DNA from: Glaucostegus cemiculus
Lineage: Eukaryota
Reading direction: 5' to 3'
NCBI GenBank assembly: GCA_976551045.1
Contig: CDPCPM010000045.1
Coordinates: 15,066,001 to 15,130,000, forward strand
Length of the DNA: 64,000 nt
Shown here: positions 41,801 to 53,800 of the stretch, one piece after another
Position numbering within the stretch: the stretch's first letter is position 1
How the letters are laid out: every line of letters begins with the position of its first letter
Notes under the pieces: generated by a model
Databases searched by the model: none
Told to the model about the DNA's origin: nothing
Seen by the model: only the letters and a program-made list of their open reading frames with translations
Made by a program: the position numbers and the translations under genes

Positions 41801-44800
41801 AGTGGACTCGGATTTCAATTTCAAGGCCTTTTCTTTTACTGATCAAAGATTGAGCACCATTCCATCAGAGCTTTTCCCTAGCATGGAGATCAGATCAAAC
41901 AAGTCTGATCCTTCAGTGGTAGTATATTGGCCTTTGGGCTTTCTCAGTGCCCAATTAATTTGAAGTCCAGCTGTTGATGGCTGGGTACGGGTCATGGATG
42001 TTGGGCAATCAAGGAAGAACTTCACAAGTTTAAACATATATTTCAAAAAGACTGCTGGAGCTGCAATTTTGTTTTCACTAGAGAAGAATATAGATATGTC
42101 ATAAGTTTACACAAAAAATTATTTAATTTGTCAGGATGTTATTACCAATGTAATTTTCCCTTAAAAGTGTGGGTGTAAAATGACTGGCTCATTGATGGGC
42201 ACTGTAAGGTTATTATTACTTTGAGTGGAACTCAACAATTAAGGTTTGCAGCGGGGAACCGAATCAATTTAATGCACTCTTCATTGCCACGGACCAGGAT
42301 CCATCAGATTACTATGAACGAGCAGATAACGATATTAACAGAGAAGATTTATTGAAGAACAGGCTGCTGATTTAAACCTGATTACATCTCTGCAATGTAT
42401 ACCTGGATTTGACAGTTGTTGATATGAATTCGGGGGATACCTAATGTAGTCACATGACCCCCTCCTCTGGTTGCTGTTTCAACAGGTGTATTAACATACT
42501 TAAAATTATCTCCAAATCCAAATAATTAAGCAACTCGTTCTTTAACATTCTTTAACATGAATTTATTTATTCTTTTGAAAGAATAAACTCATGCCACCTG
42601 TAATGTCTTAAATATAAGAAAATGGATGGTGGTCTCAGCTGAAAATTTCTGTCATAGAATGATAGGCAAAATGAATCCTAAAAGAGTTTAAGAAGTCATG
42701 TTGCATATTCTCAGGTATTAATAGCTTTCATGTAAAGCTCAAAATCACTTTTCGTGTGAGAAGACTCAGAGGGACCTATTTAATCAATTTAAATTATTTT
42801 CAAACATGTCAACATTAAATTGTAATTGTTTCAAACAATCCCAGAGCACAGCAATTTGCTGTGAAGTACATGTGCCATTTTTATTCTGCTGTCTGTTAGG
42901 AAACATGGAACTACTGCATTTCTACTATTTCACTGTTGGTTGAGGAAGTGACGTGAACAAGAAGGTTTGAGAACTCTCTGTGCCTCTTTAAACAGTGGGG
43001 TCTTCCTCAGGAAGAGGCAAGTGGAACCTTGGTTAAACATCTCTTTCAAAGGCAGTGCCCTTTAACACATCCTCTCCTTCACATTGCATTGAAATATTGG
43101 CCTGTGTTACGAACTGAATTCCTGCGATTTGGCTTAAAACCAAAACCTTCTAAATCCCCAGTAGAGATTTTGATCACCCACTTGATGAGCCAACCAATGC
43201 AGAGTTAACTAATCTTTGAAAAAGTAACTTGAATGAACAAGTCTGTCTGCAGTAATGTTTTTGTCTTCATTACTTGAGCAACAACCTGATGGAGTGAATC
43301 TCCTGGCCATTCTGGAACCTAATTTTCATTGTAATAAAATCCAGACATTAATTGCCCATCCTTAGATGAGGAGTGTCTTGGTTGAACAATCAGGAGTCAA
43401 TCAGACTGGTATGAGGTTGGGGACACAAGTGTAAGGGTGTCAGGTTTCAATTCCTGAACATCATTTGTGAACTAATTGGGCTCTTGCCACAGTTTAACAG
43501 CTGTATGGTCACTCTTAAATAATAATAGATTTTTAATTCCTTTTTCTTTGTAAATCAAAGTCTCAAACAGAACTCAGATTCCCTTGTCCAGGTTTCTAGA
43601 TTGGAACTAGACCAGTAACATAACTATAATGCTACCTTACGTCAAAAATGGAGTATAAACATAGTAAAGTCCAATATAGCAAAAGCTTTCATTCCATGTT
43701 CTTTGAGGAATTACTTCACTGCATTTGAGCAGACTCTCAATTCCATTGTCTTGTAGTTAGTGCAAAACAATGTATGGACTGAGTTTGCTCATTTATTAAA
43801 TTCTTTGGTTGCTGGAGAATCTAGAACGTGGTGGCGTCCATTAAAGATAAGGGGTCGCCCATTAAGTCAAAGATTAGGTGGAAGTTTTTCTCTCAGAGTG
43901 GTATGATTCTTTGGAATTTTCATTCTCATAAAAATGGTAGAAGCGAGTCTTTGAATATTTTTAAGGCAGAGCTAGATAGATACTTGCTAAATGTGTATGT
44001 GAAAAAATTAGATATATCAGATAACACCATTCTTCCCTCTGGAGATAAAAATTCAAATGAAGCCTCAATGGTGACTGATAAAGATCTAATTTTTTTATCT
44101 ATCAGGGGTAAGGCAACCACTGCCTCATCCTCCTATCAAGCATGAATCAATAAAGTAATATTCAAACTCCTTTACTCCTCTTCAGATGACCTATTTATAT
44201 CTATTTCAATATTATAGTTAATTTTAGCGGCTTCATTCACTGAAGAATTTCCTAATGAGAAAACAGGCAGTGATGAGCTGGTTTAATATACAGCAAAAGT
44301 GACTTGTACATTGCCAACGTGATTGCTCTTGTTTTATTGAATTAGTGCTTTTCCTCAATACTGCTGCATCATTTACATCTGGACATAGGAATAAGAATAT
44401 ACTGTTAAGTGCCTGGAGTTACTTGCGTGTCTCCACAGGAACACAATTAAATAGAAATAGAGATCTTTATCCAGTTGGGATTTAAGTTCACCACAGTTGA
44501 TAGCAGACAATATATCTTGAAGTAATCACACTTCAGCAACATACTAAAGATATGAAAGATGTTGAGAATCCTCAGTACTGACTGTACAAAGAAACTATTT
44601 TAGTCCTAAACACCGTTCTCCCCTCTAGAGACAAAAATTCAAATTAAGCCTTACTGGTGACTGATAAAGATCTAATTTTTTATCACTGACTGTTAAAGTT
44701 CTCAGTCAAAAAAATCTGTTAGCCTCAGGGTAGACTTCAATTGATTTTAGTCCAGAATGCAAAATTGAGTCAGCTGAGATACATTTAGAGTAAAAGATTC

Positions 44801-47800
44801 AGATTATCAAAGAGTTATTTGCTGTGTTGAAGGGCATTCTTCTTAGTCATGGCTAGAGGCTTTATAATCCTCAGAGCAACTTTGGGGCAGTCTATTATTG
44901 AACTCAGGGAATCCAACAGAATGGTCGTAAGGGTACAGTGGTATAGCGGTTGATTTACTGGGCTAGTAACCAAAGGCTTGGGTGTTTAATTTGGAGCCAT
45001 GAGTTCAAATTCCACCATGGTAGCTGGGGAATGTAACTCAAGTAATAAAATAAATCAGTAATAAAAATCTAGCATTAGTAATGGTGACCAAGAAACTAGG
45101 GGACTGTTATTGAAAAACACATCTGGTTTCACTATTAGACTAATGTCCTTCAGGAAAGGAAATCTGTCATCCTTATCTGCTCTGGCCTGCAGGTGACTCC
45201 AGATCCACAGTGGTTGGGCCCTTAACTTCCCACTGAAATACCGCTCAGGGGTAAATTGGGATAGACTATAAATGCTGGCCTTGCCAATCCTGTGAATGAA
45301 TAAATAAATTAAAGTTAGTGCCATCACCAGCATAAAATTAAGTCAAATTAATCCTGCTGTATCACTTAGCTCCTCTCAGGGTTTGTTCAGTGAGCCCTGA
45401 TTGCAGTCTTCCAGCATGGAGGAGTGTGGTGTAGGGACTGCCTCGGTGCAGATGTCTGCTCTAACCACAGGACAGCTACGACAGCTGGTGAGGACATGCC
45501 CCCTTGCCCCCTCCCTGCCCCATCCCAGTATTTCCTGTTGCTAAAGCTATCCCTGGTATTGGGGTCATTATTGTAACACTTTTGAGCTGTTAGGAAATAT
45601 TGTCATTACATTTAAACACACTATAGTAGACAAAAACATGTTATCGACTGAAAATGGATACTAGATATGTGAGTTAATGGATATATGGAGAGAACAAAAT
45701 GTGTGATCACTGTCAGTGGCTGCTGGTGGATGGTATGGACTCAGCAGTCTGAAAGACTTTACTTGTGCTATGTGATCCTATGAGTCCTTAAAAACAATTA
45801 AAAATGTACAGTTGACCCAAAACATGGACTGTCCATTTCCCTCCATAGATGCTGCCTGACTCACTGAGTTCCTTTAGTGCTTTTTGTGTTGCTCCAGATC
45901 CCAGCATCTGCATTTTCCTGTGTCTCTCTTAAAAATGTTTCAACTGAGTTAAATAGACTAAATCCTTTTCTCCCAGCAGCTATTCATTTGAATAAAGACT
46001 GCTGTGTTTGATTAGTTTGAGAGCTTGAAAGCCTGTAGGAGTTCATGCTACCCCACTGGACTCCATGAGGAGTCTACCAGTGCAGCACAGAGGCAGCTGA
46101 CAGCACAAGCAACAGGCTTGAAACACCAGTGCTGGTACCTGAGTCTTCCACGGGGAAACACCAATAATTCCTAGCATTTAATGTTGGTGTGGAATCACAG
46201 ATAGGTGCCTTGAACTAGTAATACCAAGAATGGTTAAATTTTACCTGTACTACATCAATGCACTCTGTACTAACTCAGTGTAACTGCACTGTGTAATGAA
46301 TTGACCTGCCAACACCAAAGGGTAAGTACAAAAATGCACCAGCACTTTAAATGTCCAATGGCTGCTGCTTCAGTATATTCATTCTAAGAATGTTTTATTC
46401 GAGTCTCTTTTTAATTTTTGCAGTTCCATTGTTGCCAATGTCTTTCTGTCCTTGCGTCTCTTATTGTTTTTAATGTGACCAGCACCTTGATCTGTGGAGT
46501 ACGGTATTTCGCTCCCATGCATGCTGAATGTGTATATGGAAGTGACAACAAAAATTGATTCTGAATTCTGGTTCTGAATTCTGATCAGTATGTAAGACAA
46601 GTTTTTCACTGTACCTCGGTACAAGTAACAATAATAAACCAATACCAATGTGTGTGGGGCTGAGCCGAACAGACAAAAACAATCCCAGATTCCATCCTTG
46701 CTCAGTGTTGTGTTATCTAATGTCCGTCAGGGCCACGGTATGGGAATAGCAATTTAGCTGCCGTGTTTTGGAGCAGAGAGCGACAGAGGCAGATAAGATT
46801 CCTGCACCTGAACAGTGATTGTTATAGGAAAGTGCAGGTGTTGGCTGAAACATCTCTTCACATTCAGACATTGTAATGCAGAAGATTGATGACTCTCAAG
46901 CATTGCCAAGACAGGTGGACTGCTAACTTGAAGAATTACTGGTTCATATTTTGAAAATATTTGTTATTTTGTCCAAGGCTGATTGTGGTCTTCAATATTT
47001 GCAGGTGTTTCAAGGCAACAGCAATCCCAATGATACAGTTATAAGGCAGTTTCCTCAGACAATCCTGACCCGATATGTTCGGATAAGACCACAGTCATGG
47101 GAGAATGGTGTTGCACTTCGCTTCGAATTATATGGATGCAAGATCACTGGTAAACAAATAGCTTCTGTGTAAGCTGTTTAAAATATTTTGTTCACTACAA
47201 TAAATTAAAGACACTACTAATAAACAGTTGGCTGTTTATTGCAGTTATCTTTTCTGCAACTTTATTTTTTAATCAATTGAATATCTGCAAAACAAAGGAT
47301 CATCCTGTTTAAATCTTTCCAACAGTCTCCTGGGAGATATGCAAATTTGGAATTTATGTTTGCCCAATACAAATTCACATTTTCTCCCTACATATATGTT
47401 TCCTTCTTACTTAATTGTGGTTTCAATCCAGGTTGGAAGAGTCAAGAATTAGGGAGGTCCATTTCAAAGGACACTGCTGGATTTAACAACCTAAAAATGC
47501 CACACCAAGCATTGAGAAGCATCTCTGTGCTTGCCGTCTGGATCAACTTTCATGTATGCAAGGTTATTTGAAGTTGAGTGGAAAAAAGTCTTATCCTTCA
47601 GTTGTGTTGTTGAATATTTTGAGAACAGTGATATCTAATTATTATCTTAATATTTCAAAAAATTGTTAATTTATATCACTGTCTCAGGGAGTGACCTCAA
47701 TGACGCAACACTTAATGCTCAACAAATTAGCCTCCAGCACAAGTCATGATATCTGATCTGTCTGATTTTTGTAACTGAATCTGAAGTGCTGTATGGCTGC

Positions 47801-50800
47801 ACCCTTTGTTTGTAGAATTAGAAAAATGTTCTGGATGATCCAGCTGCATTTTCATCACCAATTTAGTCACAATAGTTGCATTTTTGCTTCTGAACCAGAA
47901 GATTGTTTGTTCAAACCCCTTACCAGGGGAGTGATCACATAACCTAGATGGCAAGTTCACTGTAGTACTGAGGGAATGCTTCCCTGTCAGGCGTAGCATG
48001 TTTTGGATGTGGTGTAAAATTCACATCCTGCCTACCCTCTTAGGTTCTTCCATTGTCACGGTTAATGTTTACTTCTCATTGCCTTGGGGTACAATGTAGC
48101 ACATAAAGTAGTCATCACATTTCCTGACAACATCAGTGACTGATCAGTGACCATTCTATGGCTGTGAAGCACTTGGAGAATCTTTTTTCTCTCTTAGACT
48201 CCTGGTTCATATCTAGCCTGGTCCCACCGGGATAAAAATCTTCTTTGTCTGCCAGATGTAAGTGTACTAAAAGTTTTATAGATATCAGCAGAGCAAATTC
48301 ACATGGTTTCCAAAAAAGCCTACACAGCCGAAAGAAAAGTGATTAACTCTAAAAAATAGACCTGTAACTCAAAAAGAACTCAGAGCATAACACACCATCA
48401 CTTTCTTTCTGATTTATTCATTCACAGGCTATGGACATTACTGGTGAGGCCAGTATTTATTGTGCTTCCCCATTTGCACCTAAACTGAAATCAATTTCCA
48501 AAAGCAGTTAAGAATCAACCCCCTTAATACATCTGGAGTCAGAGATCAGTTTGCCTGGATAAAGTCAGGTTTCCTTTCCTGATCAGCATCAGTGAAAACA
48601 TTGGGGATTTGTGATAATCCCGTGGTTTAACTGCCACTTTTACTCTTACTAGATTTTTAATCCAGATTTATTTAATTTCTTGAGGTTAAATCTTCCAAAT
48701 TCCATGGATGAGATTTGATCTTCTGCCTCTAAATCAATAGCACAGTCCTGTGGTTGTTAATCTAGTAAGTGAAAACAATACTACCCAAGAACCTGGAATT
48801 ATACACGTGCATATTCAAGGTTGCTTTGTAATCCTGAGGGAGGAAAAGCATGACAATGTGAATCTCAATGGAGGTTCTTTTGCTCATTAGCCATATAGTG
48901 TTTTTTTTTAATTTTTTTTTTATTTACAGCGTGGTACCAGGCCCTTTCGGCCCTCTGAGTCCACGCCGCCCATTGTAAACCCCCAAATCAACCTACCCGT
49001 ACGTGTTCAAGCAGGAGCACTCCCACAAAAAATTCGTGCCCAGTGTCTTTCCTTAAGAAATGCAGATCCATGGCCTACACTGGTCATCTATGCGAGGATG
49101 TAAATCGTTACTAACCTTGGGCTCCAAAAGGTCTTGGACATGTTGCTTGTGGGAGTGAGGGCACAGAATAAAACTACCAGGACACAAAATAAAACTACCA
49201 GCAATTAGGCATAGACTGGAAATCTCAATTAGGCTCTTGCAGGGTGGCAAATGAGAAATCAGACATTTTTAGATCTTGGGAATTGACAATTAAATCTTGA
49301 ATCTGAGAAGAGATATTGGAACCAGACTGAAAGTAATTTGATCTGGTCATGCAATTCAAATAATGTGGGGATAATTGAGGGGAAGGAAGGAGGTACACGT
49401 TAGGTTCACAGAGAATAAAAACAGGATTTAAAAAGACAGCAATTAGAAAAGAGGAATAATGGAATTAAATTACCAAGGAACAAAAAAACAAAACATGTTA
49501 CAGATTCATCAATAAAAGTGGAAGTTTGGAATGGGAATAGGACCATTAAGGGATGGACAGAACAATATTGTGAGAGGGAGGCAGCTGAAATAGTCATAAT
49601 TTTGCTTCCTCATATACCAAGGAGAGACAATGGGTGGACACCACATTGGATGATGAGATGAGTAATGAAATAGGTGCATTTAAAGTAGAAAAAGAGCAAA
49701 GATTAAATAAGTCAACCGACTCAAAGGGAATAAAACCAGATGGATTGCATCCATGCATTTTAAAAGAATTTAAGGAAGACATGGCAGATGCACTGCTGCT
49801 CACATTTAATAATTCATTAGGAAAAGGTGTAGTGCCAGAGCACTGGCAGATAGCTAATGTAGTATCTATTTTTGAGAACAGAAAGTGAACATGTCCAAGG
49901 AATTATAGAGCAGAGAGCCTAACATTAATCGTTGCCAAAATATTAGGTTTTCTACCAAAGAAGATTCAAGAACACAGAGTTAAAAATGTATAATAATCAA
50001 CAGTCTGTAAGGATTGCAAAAGGGGAAATATTGCATGACTAACCTATTTGACTTTCTTGAGGAGGTAGCAGAGAGACTAGACAATGGAATTAAGTAGATG
50101 TAATTTTTCTAGGTTTTCAAAGCGCCTTTGATAAAGAACCACATCACAGGATGAGGCCAGAGAATGTGAAGTCAGGATTCAAGTAATAGAATGGATTGCT
50201 AGTTGGCATCGGGACAGCATAAACAGAGAAAAGCAATAAAGGGTAGCTATTTGCAATGGAAGAAGGTGGTTAGTGGAGTTCTGCAAAGCTCAGTGCTAGG
50301 ACTACTGCTCTACAAAATTTACATTAAAATTTAAACTCTGAAATTAAAAACATAATTTATAAATTTGACATTAGTATCCATTTTGGTGTGGGTGGAAGGG
50401 GGTGGCACTGTCAGTACTGAGGAGGAGTATGTATGTGAACCCGTGAACACTACCTTGTTATTTCTCTTTTGCACTATTTATTTAAGTTTGTAATTAATGG
50501 TAATTTTTTGTCTTTATGTCTTGCACTGTACTGCTGCAGCAAAACAACAAATTTCACGACATATGTCAGTGATAATAAACCCGATTCTGAGTCTGATTCT
50601 GACTTGCAAAATAGTTGGTTAATTATGTTCTACACAGATAAATGCATTCTATTACATTTGTTTAGAAGAATAGGGAGGTTACTTATTTCTCGAAAGGTAC
50701 AAATCTAGGTGGGTCAAGAAACAAAGTGATCTCAGAATACAAATACACCACTACTAAAAGTTACACCACAGATTAACAAGACAATAAAAAAGTGCGGTAG

Positions 50801-53800
50801 GATTTATTACTGGTGGGATATAATTGAAAAGTAGGGGCCTCCGAATCAGATTCAGAATCTGAATCAGGTTTATTATCACTGACGTAGGTCATGAAATTTG
50901 TAGCTTTGCGACAGCAGTACAGCGCAAGACATAAAATTTACTATAAGTTACAACAATAAATAAATATTGCAAAAAAGGGCCTTAAGTTAAACCTGAATCA
51001 AACCTTATTTAGACCATGCTTCGATACATTCTGATTATGCTACATGCAATTTTTGTCACTATATTATACAAAAACATATAGAGAGGGTGGAGATATTTAC
51101 AAGGATGATACCAGATATATATCAGGAAAGGATGAACAGTAAGGGTCTCTTTCTCTTGAGAAGAGAAAATTAAAGGGTAACGAAATAGAGCTCTTTAACT
51201 TTATGAATGGCTCTGATAGAGTCTAGCAGAAAGAATGGAAAGCAGACAGAACATTTCTGCTTGTGGGGAAGAAAGAAACTAGAGGTCATCATTATAAGAT
51301 AGTCGCAAGAAATCAACGAGTGGAGACAATGTGGAACTCACTACTACAGGGAGTGGATGAATTAAATAATATTTAAAGGGAGGCAAGACAAGCATATAAG
51401 GGAGAAAGGAAAAAAGGGTGACACTGATAGATAAAGATGAGCAAAGATGGGAGCAGTATGAATAGAACATAAATGCTGGCATGGACTAGTTGGACCAAAT
51501 GGCCTTTTACTATGCTGTTTATCCTAAGGATTACTTTGTCTATGTATGGACATAAGGAATATTAATATTATATGTACATATATTTTACATATAGTATATG
51601 TATTTAATTTTAAATGTGCATACAGAACAGCCATGGTATAATTGATTAATAATAAGCTACCATTTATCTTGTAAAATCCATCATGATTAATCACTTAAAC
51701 ATCTGCAGCTCTTCTCATAATGAAACGTTGTCACAGAAAATGACAGTACTCAAAATTTAATAAAGTGCACTTCAATCAGCAGCCACAAGTGACAGGATGT
51801 GGCGCAAACTTGCTAATGTCTGAGATGGTGAAGGGTGTGGTAGCTCACCACTCTGCCACCTCCTTGGAGTCAGAAACCAGGCTCAGGAATGGAATCTCTT
51901 CTGCAAAGCATTTTTGCTGGATGCCTTCCATTTCTGCCTTCGGTTAGATGTTTACTTACTTTGCATACTACTTTCTAACTAACTCCTCAGTGCAGTGATT
52001 TATCATAGTCGGCTAGCCAATCAGAAACTTAAGGACTTGCTTTGCCCAGTATTAAATATATATCTCCCTGTCCTCAGGTAATCTCCACAGATGTGAAAAT
52101 TATCAGGAATACACTTTAGGCAAGCAGCTCAGAAATCAAAACCAGAACTAACAAATAGTGTACTTGGCATATGTAATTCTTAACCACGCCCGAAGTATCG
52201 TGTTTGAAAACAAAGCTCGATTGTTAGTACTTAGTCTTCAAGTAAGTGATTAGGAAGTAATACCATGCCACAGAACTGCAGAGCAGAATGTGTCATCCAT
52301 TTATTTGCCATTAGGGCTGTGCCTTGCTTTAATTTAACAGTATTTTTTTTCATTCCACAGTGCAACCAATACATTTTTGTCCTAATCATTTTAAGTACAT
52401 CTTCATAAAAAAAAAATATCCTCATTCCTCACTAATGGCCATTAACTTGTTGACCTGTAGATTACCCCTGTTCTGGAATGCTAGGAATGGTATCTGGACT
52501 CATCTCTGATAACCAAATCACAGCCTCATCCTCCATGGATCGTTATTGGGGTCCTGAACATGCTCGTCTTCTCACCAGTCGTCAAGGCTGGGCATTACAA
52601 CCAGTCCATCGGCCTTACAATAATGAATGGATCCAGATAGACCTGGGAATGGAGAAGGAGGTGCGGAGCCTGATCATTCAGGGTGTGAAGCAGAGGGATA
52701 ATAAAGTATATATGCGGAAGTTCAAACTTGGGTACAGCACAAATGGATCAGACTGGAAGTTGGTAACAAATCCTGGCAACTCTAAACCGAAGGCAAGTAG
52801 ACTTTGATCACAGATTTAGACATAAATATTTCTTTTTGAAATGGAAGCAGGACCTCTGAGTTCAGCTCTTGCCATTATGCTGTCACTAGAATTAATGTCT
52901 CAAGTGCTACAGCACAAAAAAAACGAAGCACATAAGCAGCACTATGCCAAGAGTCTGTTGTCACATTTGTAACATGCAACTAGATGACTATTTCCACATT
53001 TAAAAAAAATAATAATTTCTATTCTCTCCTCCCAGTCAGAGCATATTAGTTTCAGATTTCCTTGCAGCTAAACATTGCTACTGCACAGAGCAAGCATTTT
53101 GTCTTTGTGAAGGACACTTAAAATGCAAATATGTTTCTTGAGGATGTTTGTATGACAAACAGGAAAACTCCAAATCAATTAAAATGCAAAGATCCTCTGC
53201 AATAGAAGAATATCTGAAGAATGTTTGTTTGGTAAACAGGTTCCAAAATATTTTTATCCTGGTTGTTTTATGCATTTGGCACAGACTGTTGCAGTTAAAT
53301 ACAATTTGCACCACTGGGCTGTAAGCAAGTAAAGAAGCTTTGTCTTCCCTTATTCCTGTTGCTCCCTTCCCCTGCCTTGAAGACCTGCCCATCTCCTCTC
53401 CTCCCCTCCCCCATCCTTTATTCCATGGTCCACTGCTCTCTCTTACTGGATTCCTTCATCTTCAGCCTTTTGCCTCTTCTACCTATCACCTCTCAGCTTC
53501 TTACATTTTCACCATCCTCCCCCACCCATCTACCTACCCCCCTCTCACCTGGACTGGCCTATCACCTGGACTCACCATCAACTGCCTGCGTGTGCTCCAC
53601 CCCCGACTTTCTTATTCTGGCTTCTGCCCTCTTCCTTTCCAGTCCTGATGAAGGCTCTCGGCCCGAAATGTCGACTGTTTATTTCCCTCCATAGATGCTG
53701 CCTGACCTACTGAGTTCCTCCAGCATTTTTTTTGTGCATTGTTCAATATAAAAGCACTTCAATGTAAAGGCAGAGTCCTTGGAGCAGATTTTAGATGGTA

